Assembly: GCA_010093995.1 (NCBI GenBank)
Contig: ML992508.1
Location: 468,506 to 532,505, forward strand
Origin: Elsinoe ampelina
Taxonomy: Eukaryota
Reading direction: 5' to 3'
Length of the DNA: 64,000 nt
Position 1 is the stretch's first letter. Each line of letters opens with the position of its first letter. Below are positions 46,853 through 59,674 of the stretch, in pieces. The notes beneath the pieces are model-generated. The model ran no database searches. It was given only the letters and a program-made list of their open reading frames with translations, and had not been told where the DNA came from. Position numbers and translations under genes: made by a program.

Positions 46853-47668
46853 TCATCTTCTCGCGTTCAGCTCATGTACGAACCCCGTCACACCATTCCA
46901 TGTTGCTGGAAGCCAGAGCGTAGAACCATGGAAGTTCAACCATGGGTCTTCCACGGAACACTTGATCTCTTTGCCTTGTCCTCTCTGCCTTTGGAAATAC
47001 TGTTGCATCGGCTGCGCACTGAACTCCTTCAGGATTTCTAGCGTCTCCGTGTGCTTCGAATGTCCGACGTACAGGACAATATCGGGCCAGCGTAGCCAAA
47101 CGGTCACATGATCTGGTAGGTAGGATAAAACCCTCACTACGGGCATCCAAGCTCTTGTCGCTGTCCAGGAATCCATGAGGCGTATAGCCCGCCTTTTCCG
47201 CTTTGTGGATCCAGCATCTAGGTAGCTCAGCTCTTCCTTCACGTGCAATTTGAGCCCCATAAGCGGACTCATAGTGACCTTCTCCAGATGCTGCACATCC
47301 TCCAGACACGTGAAACCAGTGAACTTCTCAGGAAACAGAAAGTAGATATGGACGGGCGGTTTGAAATCCTTGTGAGCGTCCAGAAACACTGCACGCACGC
47401 GCCGGCACACTTTCGCCATCGGCTGAGACTGAGGCAGTAGCTCACGTGGATGCTTCTCGACGAAGACGGCATCCTCTTCGTGGGCGTGTGAGTTTGTCAT
47501 TGCTCGGGCGACCTTGGTGGCTTCCTTGAAGCGATCGTCCCTTGGCGGCTCGCAGCCGGTGGCTTTGCAGATGGCGAGGAGGATTTCATCTGGTAGTGAG
47601 TCGAAGTGTGGTAGTGCATTCTGTTTAGCAGGCTTTGGCTGCGGTTTGTGGTGGCGACGGCGGGTCAT
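46853..47668 (-). CDS. Orphan F-box-like protein, paralog 1
   Basis: From MTRRRHHKP: FDSLPDEILLAIC ... QPMAKVCRRVRAVF; colinear similarity to the neighbouring ORF. Start codon is a best guess. Confidence 0.7.
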   Translation of the reverse strand: MTRRRHHKPQPKPAKQNALPHFDSLPDEILLAICKATGCEPPRDDRFKEATKVARAMTNSHAHEEDAVFVEKHPRELLPQSQPMAKVCRRVRAVFLDAHKDFKPPVHIYFLFPEKFTGFTCLEDVQHLEKVTMSPLMGLKLHVKEELSYLDAGSTKRKRRAIRLMDSWTATRAWMPVVRVLSYLPDHVTVWLRWPDIVLYVGHSKHTETLEILKEFSAQPMQQYFQRQRGQGKEIKCSVEDPWLNFHGSTLWLPATWNGVTGFVHELNARR

Positions 47669-48080
47669 TTCGGGTACTGCTTGAAGGGTTAGTGATCTGG
47701 TAGTGAATAGTGACTTGAGGAGGGGCTCACATGAACGTGCTTGTAGGAGTGAAAGCTCAAAAGTGTGCAATGAATCAAGATATGGGAAAGGTAGGAGCTG
47801 GGAAGGTGATCCTACCAGTGATGCTCGCTCAGTGGTAGGTGTTTCCAGAGCTGTGCGAATTACCCTTGAACAGAGAGACCAGGGGTGGAAGTTCAGAGTC
47901 GCCCAAGTTTTGGTAGTCTTGCTGCCGCCACACGAAAGTCTAGCTGAGAGCGACTGGCGGTCAGAGCAGTGACCTATTGAAAAGTTGCGCTTGCTTGCAG
48001 CTGAGGGTGAGATTACCAGGGCATCTGTGGAGTAACCAAGCTCAGAGGACTTTGTAGTCATGTGTGAACGGAAAGCCAGG

Positions 48081-48119
48081 ATCGAGAGGTTACAAAATCG
48101 AGAGGTTACAAAATCGAGA
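48081..48119 (+). repeat. 16-bp perfect tandem repeat, about 2.4 copies
   Basis: atcgagaggttacaaa atcgagaggttacaaa atcgaga. Confidence 0.85.
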
Positions 48120-48555
48120 AGAGGTTGTCACATGTGTGAGTGTCGATGTAGAAGATGGAGGCGTTCTAGCAGCATTCCAATGAGCACATCTAGGCGTGAA
48201 AGGTGACTCGATATTTCCCAGCCTAACAGTACTGAGTGAGCTCTGGTAGTTTCTGAGTGAAAGGTGGAATTGGATGTGAAGGTGAGAGACTTGCCACATG
48301 TGTAATCAGGCCGGGACCCACTACTGGACTTAGCAGGATGGCAGTGGCAATGATGTATGTCTCGATTGAAGCTGGGGTGATGGCGATGCCACATCGTTCT
48401 ATGCCATCTAGAGATTCCGGAAAGGAGAAGTTGAAACATTGTGGGACATGTATTACCCAGCTACATGAATGCATGGGTAAGTGTTTATGCCTGCAAGGTC
48501 GCCATCACCCTGGCTCCCAAGACCCTCGTTCAACTCCACTTCATCGCGCCAATCC

Positions 48556-49536
48556 TCACACGTCGTTACAGGCCATCCTTGTCAGCCGTCTGACTACCTC
48601 GACGATGTCGTGAGGGGCAACACTCAAATCCTGTAGATCGCCGACCATCGTCGCGTGGAACACGCCCTGCTGATACTCTTTCTTTGCGATATGACACACA
48701 AGACTTCTGGCAGGCACGAGAATCCCCATTAAGCGACCTTGAGCCCAAGTGTCGGCAGTATGCTTGCTGTGCGACCACACGCTGTCCATGACAACAGGTT
48801 GGAGATCTGGGAAAGCATGTCTTTGCAAGAAGCGTAATGCGGAAAGCTTTCTGTTGGCCGCCGAACCCATGATCGTGATCAACAGTCTGTGCAAGTAGTG
48901 GTGGAAATGCACAGTGATCGCCACCTCTGGCGGCATGCAAAGAATGGTCTTCACAGCCTTCACCCACAGTGCCGGCCCAAGCTCCCATTGGGCCCAGTAC
49001 TGGTCAACAGTCATGTCTCCAGTTGTTTTCGCGGCCGGTTCGCTCTCTTCCTCATTATCGCTGTTGTACTCCTCGGGGCTGTAGTCGTCATCATTGTCGT
49101 CATATCCGCAGTAGTCTCGTTTGCGCAGCTGCTGTTTCCTGGGTATTTGGTTCTCCTCGTCATAGTAGAACTCATCTAGCGATCCGTATGGGGTAATGAT
49201 GACCTTCTTGACCTTTTCGACCCAGTCTCCTTTCCATGGCAGCTCCACCTGCTCTGGGAATGGTACATAAAGCTTGGATAAGTCGTCCTTCTCGTGTACG
49301 CTGATGAAGAGGTTGCGCAAGCGGCAGCAGACGTTGGCGACAGGCTGGCGGGAGATATCTTTGACTGGGTCCGAGCGAACAGCCACGGCAGCCTCGTCGA
49401 TGACTCCGAGCTTGACGGCTCTTGCGACCGCGAACTTCATGTCAGGCTCGGAGTGACGGCCGTGGATCTTGATAATGGCAAGGAGAATCTCATCGGGCAT
49501 GGTCATCAGACCTGCGGCGCCAGGTGTACGAGCCAT
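48556..49536 (-). CDS. Orphan F-box-like protein, paralog 2
   Basis: From MARTPG: LMTMPDEILLAII ... QPVANVCCRLRNLF; carries an acidic insertion; colinear with paralog 1. Confidence 0.7.
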   Translation of the reverse strand: MARTPGAAGLMTMPDEILLAIIKIHGRHSEPDMKFAVARAVKLGVIDEAAVAVRSDPVKDISRQPVANVCCRLRNLFISVHEKDDLSKLYVPFPEQVELPWKGDWVEKVKKVIITPYGSLDEFYYDEENQIPRKQQLRKRDYCGYDDNDDDYSPEEYNSDNEEESEPAAKTTGDMTVDQYWAQWELGPALWVKAVKTILCMPPEVAITVHFHHYLHRLLITIMGSAANRKLSALRFLQRHAFPDLQPVVMDSVWSHSKHTADTWAQGRLMGILVPARSLVCHIAKKEYQQGVFHATMVGDLQDLSVAPHDIVEVVRRLTRMACNDV

Positions 49537-49978
49537 GATGTTGCCGTCAATGATGTTCGCGAGCTGGACTGGAACATGTGAATTTGGTTGTCTCGGAGTG
49601 AAGTGAGGTGGATGAAGGAAGATGAGAGAGAAGGGTGAGAGATTTAACATGGGCTCAGGCTGGTGTGCGGCCGTGTCCGGTCACGTGCAAATGTAGAACT
49701 ACGACCCTGACCTCCCCCTCAGCACAAGCACATTACCAAGATTGATCTGCCGCTGTCAACGACGAGTCAGGTGCTACGAAGGGATACACTTAGCTTTGAA
49801 GTGTCCTGCAATTAGAGGTTGACTGAAATATGCAATTAGCCATACGGCTGTCCTCGTAGTCGTCCTGCGCGGCTAGCATTCCGTGTACTGTCCATCGAAC
49901 ATCACTGCGAAAGAAGATCAAAGCCTTGGGTGAGTCGTAAATCGTATCTCCATACCCTTTATCTACTTTGTTCATGTA

Positions 49979-52900
49979 CTACCTCCACCTAGTGCCAGCT
50001 ACACCCATGCTCTCACGCGCAGCCGCGCTGGCCAGATCGACACCACCATTACTGGCCCCATTCACACCGCTCGTTCCACCTGTTCCGTTGGCAAGCCGGC
50101 CACTACTCATCCTTGGAAGACCAGATCCAGAATTGCTGCTGACACTGCTGCCCATAGTGATACCGTTGCTCAGACGTTTGTGTCCAGCCAGTGGTGGTAG
50201 CTCAACACCGCCAGTGCTGGGCAGAATGCTAGACTGTCGTCTGGATGAAGAGACAGAAGGCTTGATAGGGCTGCTCTTGACCGCAGCACTCGGCACTGGA
50301 CCAATGCCACGTACTGCTGTAGATGGGGTCTGCGGGAGAGGTCGAGAGCGGGCTTCTTTGGCTGGTGTTTGAGAGGCAAGAGTCGTGGCGGACGATGCAG
50401 TTGCCGTGGCGGAAGGGGCTGTGCGCTTGGTGGGCGAAGGTATTCCACCAGTCGTAGTCGTGGTTGTCTTGCCTGGCTGTTGGGCGGTAGGTCGAGCTCG
50501 CGGGCGTTCTACCCGTCTGAGGGGCTCATTCCTGATGAAGGGATGCTGCATTGCCTGATCAGGTCGAATTCGCCTCTCCGGATCCCAGCGTAGGCACTGA
50601 GTGATAAAGTCAAGGAAAGCCTCGTCATCACACTTTAGCGCTATGTTGAGAGACTTGCTGGACGGTCTGCGTCGGCGACCTTTGCTTGAGACTGTGACTC
50701 GAGGCTTCCAGGAAGAGTCAAAGAAGAGCTTGCGCCGAGAGCACTTTTCGATAATGTCCCTTGAGGGTGGTCCGAATATCTCCATAATGCATGCTAGTTG
50801 TTCCTGTTCGTTTTCGCCGGGGAAGATGGGGTATCCAGTGTACAATTCCGCCAAAATGCATCCGAAACTCCACATGTCGATGCCCAAACCATACTCGCTG
50901 CCGAGGATGACTTCAGGACTACGATAGAATCGTGATTGAATGTAAGTATAAACTTTTTCGTCAGTCTTGCAAGAACTTCCGAAGTCGATGACCCGTACGT
51001 CTGCACGTCTTGGGTCGCAAAGAAGGATATTTTCTGGTTTAAGATCGCAGTGAATGATCCGCTTGCCTTGAAGTAGTTGCAAGCATTTCAGGATTTGTCG
51101 GGAGAAGCGGCGGATCAGACAGAGGGAGAAGCCTTGGAAGGAATGCTCCCGGATGAGTTCGTACAAGTTGATGCTCAGACAAGGCGTGACAATGCAGAGA
51201 TGTGATCGGAAGTAGAAAGATGATGTGACCGTCAGCGTGGCGTGTGTTCCATCAGGATCCTGCAAAATGTTAGATCTGTGTATGCGACTGGCTACAAGTT
51301 ACCCACCCATTCCTTGAGCTTGTTGAGGATGTTGACCTCGACAAGGGCCTGCTGATGGAACCTCTTCTTGTTGCGAATGATCTTGACTGCCACGAGACCA
51401 CCTTCTTTGTGATCGATACACCGCACGACTTGACCGAAGCTCCCTTTGCCCAGAACATCGATGACCTCATATCGATATGCCAGGTGATCGCCCATGCAAA
51501 TGTTGTAGTCTCCACGGTCGTCATCGTAGCCAAAGTTCGTCGTGCCTGCCGCAGAGATGTCCCCGACGTGCTTCTTGGCTGTCTTCGTTCCGCAGAAGTA
51601 GACGCCTTCTTTGTAGTCGATGATCTCGCCTTTTTCGTAGATGTTGAGAAGTCCAGCGGTAGATTGGATGGCTTGAGCTGGGCTCATACGCTGCTTAGGC
51701 GTAGCCATCTCTTTCAGCTTGTCCGTCTCGCGTGCAGCACTTTCAACATCCTTGCGCTTCAGTGCTAGGCGTTTCATCTCATCGTCAGCAGCAACATCAT
51801 CCTTGTCTACGACAGGTATCGAAACTGGTGATCGGTGCTTGAGATCGACTTGAGATGACTTGGCAGAAGGAGCTGCCGATCTGTTTTGCCCGGCTACTGA
51901 CCACGATGACGATCGTGGCGTCAAATTCTGCGCCAGTGTAGGATTGGAGTGCATGGCCCGGTATGCCGTACGAGGAGCCGACATGGCAGCTTCGCTCTTC
52001 GGCGTCGGATCGGCTACATGTGTACTGGAGCTTACAGGCTGCGAAGGTCGCCTTCGATTGGTTTCGAGCGAAGACCTTGTGGAACCACTGGGTGTCTTGT
52101 CGGCTTGCTCTGACCACATTGCGGAAGCTGGGAGCTTTGGTGGTGGCATCTTGGGAAAGTCCTGACTTGCGGCTGGCGAGACCTGATCGGTCTGTTGCCG
52201 ATTGGCAGTCTTGGAGGCCGACCTGAACCGAAGGCTGAACTTCCTTCGCAACGAGCTGCCCGATGAAGGCGGTGTCTCGACATCCTCGTTCGAAGAGTTC
52301 GTGTTGATTGATGCAACATCTTTGGGTATCGTCTTCGACGCTGTCCGCGCTCTAGGCCCAAGAGGCTTCGAAGTCTGCACGCGAACTTCTTGATTGCCGA
52401 GACTGTACTCGTCGGGGAGAGGCTTGTCCAGGTTCGGCATGTACTCTGCGCTGGTTTTTGGTAACGACCCAGACGAAAATGGAGTAATCTGGCGCTTGTT
52501 GGAGGGTACTGGCATTGGTACGGCGTTCGCAAATTGATCGAATGCGCTATGGTCCACTCCTCGCAAAGCATGATGCGAAGTGCTGCTTCTTAGACCGTAA
52601 GATGGCTTTCCTGTGTCCTCCTCGTAGCGTCTATGAAATGTTGCTTTTGACGCTGTCATCGGCGTGCTTGGCGTTTTTGCAAAGCCTCTCTTGGGAGGTG
52701 GTGTCGACTCCCTATTATCGACATCTTGCAACGACTGTGGTAACGCAGCTATCCTTGCTGCTGTAGGTGTGCTAAGTGGCTGCAGGCTGAGCGGAGGTAA
52801 TCTGATGGGCTGCAATGATTTCTTCTTTGGCGCTGGCGTCTGTGGGGCGAGATCGCGGGTCTCGTCTACAGATGGCCGAGCACTTGTGGCTTGCTGGGCT

Positions 52901-54838
52901 GCATACTGCTGAGGACCTGGCACGCTTAAAGACTGCTTGCGAGAACCTCCAGAGTTTCGCGTTGCGCTATAGCTCAAGTCTTGGTCATATGATTGAGCAG
53001 ATGTTGCAGACATTGGTTCATTGTACAGCGTCTTTGGAGCATTCGCAAAGAAGGGAGTGTCGATTTGGTCTTTCGGTGACTCGAAGGCCTTGGGTATCGC
53101 GGGTACAGGCGGAACAAACTCCTCGTCTGGAGCATCTGCGGAGGAATAAACATTGCGAGCTCGCGGTGTCGGTAATCGAGAGAGGGATGGACTCTGGGTC
53201 ATACGCGGAAGACCAGGGTTGTTGACCGCGCGTAGAGACTGATAGCTTGAACTCCTAGACAAGCTTGTTGCCGACATGTATAGATTGTTTGAGTCCGGCG
53301 TTTCTCTGGCAGATGACGGTGTCAGACTCATCTTGCGCGGAATCATGGAGGGCGATTTATCGGTATGCTTGAGGTCTGGCATAGGCTCCAGCTGAGGCTG
53401 GGTAGGTGACACCTTGCTAGGTGGCATTGGATTTTGCATCATTGAAAGTCGCTTCAGCCGCCTTGCATCTGTCGGACTGATCGTCCTGGCACCCAGACCA
53501 CTTGCCCGACCTGACTGCCTCTTGTTACCAGACGACGACGGAGTCGTTGCACGGAGATGATTTCGGTTCGCTGCTGGTCTACTAGACGACCGCGCCCGTT
53601 TGTGCTGGTCTGATGGAGTGGTGGGATCTGCCTGTGCGGTGTTGGCCTGGCGTGGCGGAGGCTGCATCGACTTTGCCTTGGAACTCCTGGTGGGAGCCAT
53701 AGCTCGTTGCTGTTCAGAAGACGGGTGGTTCGCCTGCGAAGCCAAGGTCCTCCTGCGTGATCTTGATACGGGAGAGAAACGAGAGGCCTCGTTTTGCGTG
53801 ACTGGTGCTGATAATGGTGGAATCTCATCCTGTGGTGCCCTATTATTGAGCATGTTGGTCAAAAGTCCAGGTCCCACGCTCTTTCTAGGAGATCTTGCAT
53901 TTGCGATTAACGGAGTCGTCGTTTGCCCGACAGTTGGCAGAGCACTAAGCCTGCGTGAGCGGACGGTCAAATTGGTATCCTTGGCTATTGAAGGCATCTC
54001 CTTCTTCGTTAGTGACAAGTTCCTTCGTGGCATTTGCGAGTCGGATCCGGATGACATGGCTGATTGACCAGAGGGTACACGCATCTCGTGATGTGCTTTA
54101 GCCTTGGCGGAAAACGAGTTCGTGAATGAACTCAAGTCGCTGTTGCCATTGCCCAATGTGAATCCTCCATCCTGCCCATTTGTCTTCTGAGTGTCTTCCG
54201 TATGTTCATATCCTGCAATGCTGGTCTGGAAATCGTCGAAGTTGACAGGCGGGAGGAACGAGAACGACTGAGTCTCCTGGGGCGGCGGAACCTCCTTTCG
54301 CGTAATGTGGCTCGGCCCAAGACTGAATTGATGTTTACCGACCGGCTTCCGGTCGAGAACCGGCATACTGGAAGATGAAGGAAGGAGCGAACCTCGTGAA
54401 TCGGTCGGAGGGAGACGATTGCCTTCACTAAAGATCCTGTATTGCTCGTCAGCATATTACGGCGTCCATTATTGCTCATATCACATACCTCTTTCCCGCA
54501 TTCTCCAATGGCCTCGGTCCATGCAGTGATTTTTGTGCATCCCTTCCAACAGACCTCTTCCTCTGCAGCAGATTGGAGCGGTTCTCACTGTTCTGCTTCA
54601 TTGCCGACGCGGGTAGACTTGGTTTTCGAAAAGCGGCATCGTCCTCCTTTGTGTTTGTTGTTCGCTGGAACTTTTTCCGAGAACGAGATTCGGCTGCAAG
54701 AGGATCAGAAATTTTATAGTATGGGATATTGCAAGACGACTCACCGTCTGTACCCGAGTCCTCGCTCTGATTGTGATTTCCCCTGCCGAATATCGACCTC
54801 GAGCGGTCGTGCGACTGATACCGCGACGACACTTCCAT
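49979..54838 (-). CDS. pom1: DYRK-family dual-specificity kinase (Pom1/DYRK2-like)
   Basis: DH box GYDDDRGDY, LGKGSFGQV, HCDLKPEN, DFGSSC, activation loop VYTYIQSRFYRSPE; long disordered N-terminus. Intron about 51260-51306 plus two 5' introns predicted up to ATG 54838. Confidence 0.92.
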
Positions 54839-55714
54839 CTTGGCCAGGTTCCGACTCTCCAGTTTGCTCGTCAGGGACACTGGTCCTGCAGGTAAAAACA
54901 GAAGACTTCCGTCATCTGTGGCCTACAACATGATCGACATCAACAAATATAAGGAGTGACTGAGGTCCAGTTTGTCGAAGGAGGGGTCCACATCTGGGTC
55001 GATATGCCAGTGTCGACTGCCGGAAGTCGTGGATGGCTGGATGCAGTCCTGTCTTCTCGAAGCCCTCTGGAATGACCGAAATAGGGCTTCAGGACATGTA
55101 TTGGCAAAATATGAGGGCGTCTGTAGCAGCCAGGAGGTTTCGGCCTGTATTCGATTGATGGACGATCATTAGCGGTCAAAGCGCAGCTCCCTCTGCCAAA
55201 GCTACAAAGTTGCAGCCAATCAGTCGAGATGCAGCTAAAGTCCCTTAGCAACCGTCCACACTCGAGATTCAGGTACCAATACGGTAGGATTTGTTTTGGG
55301 AGATGAGATTGTGGTTGTACAGGGTAGAAGTGAAGATCTTTGTCGACTGTGAGTCTACGGTCAGATTTGGCCTGTCAAACACGTCTGCGGCTGACACTGG
55401 AACTCGTCGTGAATGCCGTTCTTCTCTTCCAAAGATTCCCTGGCAGTGATGCATCTGAAACATTGCCCCCACGTCACGGGCGTCACCCGACAGGCCAAAC
55501 CCACAATTTTCTGCTTCACCACGCTACGAGCCTCATTTGACAGGACCTTGGTCCGCGACAATCCAACGACAAGTCGACGCGTCTTTGATTGTGGCTTGCC
55601 TATCCCGGGTTGCTTCTCTGCAGCCACATCCACCTCATCGAGGCCACAAGGGCGGTTGGAGCTCCCCACCAGCTCTCACATGAACTTGTCTGTACCACCA
55701 GCTCCGCACCCACA

Positions 55715-57140
55715 ATGCCACGAGATCCCCTCATAGGTCTGGTGGGCAAACCGTCATCCGGCAAGAGCACGACGCTCAACAGCCTGACGGACGCCACGTC
55801 TAAAGTAGGTGCGCTCTACTAGTCATTCTTTTCCTGTCTGTGTCTGACATTTGCGACCAGGCAATTTTCCGTAAGAGCTTGTCATGGACCGTATAGGACA
55901 TCTGCTCACGCCAACAGCTTCACAACCATAGATCCAAACCGAGCAGTCGGGTATCTGCAGATCCCGTGCGCATGCTCGCGGCCGAACCTCCCCAACCCCT
56001 CATCTACCCCGCTGTCTGAACGATGTAAACCAAACTACGGATCATGTATAGAAGGCACGCGATCAGTCCCGATAGAGCTTCTTGATGTGGCTGGGCTGGT
56101 GCCAGGTGCACATGAAGGCAAGGGCTTAGGGAACAAGTTCCTCGACGACCTTCGACATGCCGACGCTTTGATACACGTGGTGGACGTGAGCGGCACGACA
56201 GATGCAGAAGGCAAAGAGACAAGAGGCTATGATCCATCAGTGGACATAGCATGGCTCCGCGGTGAGATAGTCCGCTGGATCCTAGGAAACCTCATGGAGA
56301 AATGGTACTTTGCCCCCTTCTGCCCTCCCCTCCTCCCACGCATTCTAACTCACCAGGGGCTCCATCAAACGCCGCCACGTCGCCACCAAAGCCACCGCGG
56401 TCGAAACCCTCCAAAACCAATTCTCCGGCTACGGGTCCACCGCGCCCGTCGTCGCGCGCACCCTCGACCGGCTCTCCCTCAAAGAACCCCTCGACACCTG
56501 GACCCCCACGACCATCACCAGCGTAGTCGAAGCCTTCATCGACGAAAAATTCCCCACGGTCCTCGCCCTCAACAAAATCGACCACGCCGACGCCGACACC
56601 AACATTGCCAAGATCGCAAAAGCGCACCCGGCCTCGTCCCTCGTCCTCTGCTCCGCCATCTCCGAAGTCTTCCTCCGCCGCCTGGCAAAGCAGGGCTACG
56701 TCCGGTACACCTCGGGCACCGAGTTCGTGGACACGCGCGACGACCTCGTCGATGCCGGCGAGGCGGACGGCGGCGGCCTGAAGCCCCTCGACGATAAACT
56801 CAAGACCCGCATCGAGAACCTCCGCGACTTGGTGCTGTACCGCTTCGGCAGCACGGGGGTGCATCAGGTTTTGTCCCGCGCGGCAGAGGTGTTGGGGCTG
56901 GTGCCGGTGTTTCCGGTGAGGAACATGGCGACGTTTGCCGCGGGGGAGAGGGAAGGGGGGGTTTTTAGGGATTGTGTGCTGGTTAAGAAGGGGAGTACGG
57001 TGGGGGATGTCTATAGGAAGGTCATGGGGGATGCGCCGTTGGCGTATGTGGAGACTGTCGGGGGAGTGAGGGTCGGGGAGGGGGATATTGTGGAAAGGGG
57101 GAGGAATGACATTTTAAGTTTCAAGGTTGGGAGGGCGTGA
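55715..57140 (+). CDS. Obg-family GTPase (YGR210C-like)
   Basis: [24 protein letters not shown] (through a 10-nt exon at 55861-55870), [34 protein letters not shown]; three introns. Confidence 0.93.
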
Positions 57141-57230
57141 GGGAGATGGTCTGGGGTTGGAGGAGATCGAGGTAGAGGTGGGAGGATGTGGTCTGTGTAG
57201 GGATGATTCAGATGTGAAGTTCTCTAACGA

Positions 57231-57326
57231 AGATCTCATGTGGAAATCTTGTGTATGAAAGATCTAGAGGTGGAGATCTCAATATCGAGATCTCATGTGG
57301 AATCAACGTGAAGATCTCATGTGGAA
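57231..57326 (+). repeat. Three copies of AGATCTCATGTGGAA plus partial copies
   Basis: Copies start at 57231, 57288 and 57312 in the convergent intergenic region. Confidence 0.8.
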
Positions 57327-57613
57327 TTCGTGGTAAAGTCCCTGACATGGTTCATGCATGTTTGTCCGAGTTGCACACACGGCACAGTACCTTGATGGAC
57401 ACAAACGAACTATTTGAGGGATCCATGTCCAAGGCACTGGAACAGCGGGGTCTGCTGTAGCCGTGAAGCATGTCACCATCACGTGCACTTCGAGTGAGCA
57501 AGGTTAAAGTCCAAGCGTAACATTTTTTACATCAATCATTCTATCTACACCCGTTGACTCTCCACGCTGACACCATCAACTCCCCTGCTTTCCCTTTCTC
57601 TCGTGCATGCAAT

Positions 57614-58980
<1,367 letters not shown>

Positions 58981-59674
58981 TTAGCGCGTTGCCTAGTGTC
59001 GCGAAGAGTCGGAGCCAACATACATCATCACCAGAATTGAGAGCTTCGTTTGGTTTTGCTTTGGTGGGGCAGCTTTTTCCCACTGCGGGGTTGCAGCGCG
59101 GCATCAGCACACCTTCTCCTTTGCATGTCTTGTCAAGCTGAATGATCACCGATAATGTCGAGTCAATTAGATTGCAGACGACGTCTTCTCCGCATCAAGT
59201 CTCTGCTATTCCTAGTGATCCTGGCCCACCCCTGCTGCTGGGCCTGAATGACTCCTCGCGAGCTTTCCTCGAGACTTTCTGCCCAGTGTTTATTATCTTG
59301 ACGCAATCAGAACTGGGCCACCACAATTGCCGACATTTTGTGTCGGAACTGCTGCATTGGGTCCGAAAGTCCTCCGAAGACGGAGCTGGTTGGCGCGCGA
59401 GCCGGGAAACATGGCTTTTTCAGGTACTGTCATCCTGCACGTGAAATTCATAGTCGGCATCTGGTATCTGCCCAAGAAGTATCTTTTAATTCTTGCCGTC
59501 TATTACTATGTGGGATATCTACGGCGAACAAAGCCGACGGTCTCCGGGTATCAAGCAGGCAGTCCAATGCTGGCCTCTGAAAAGAGAATAAAAGATGAAG
59601 AAGCGACGCACATTTTCGCTTCCTGTCACAAAAGGAATCCGTCATGCTATCCCAAGTCTGCCAGTCGACGCAGC

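Noticed and set aside
47669..48061. N-terminal extension of the 402-aa ORF (and 49537-49650 of the 364-aa ORF)
   Set aside because: Reads like a pyrimidine-rich 5' UTR; paralog similarity begins only after the downstream ATGs.
57231..57326. Repeat-spacer pattern as a CRISPR array
   Set aside because: Eukaryotic context, 15-bp unit, irregular spacing, no cas genes.
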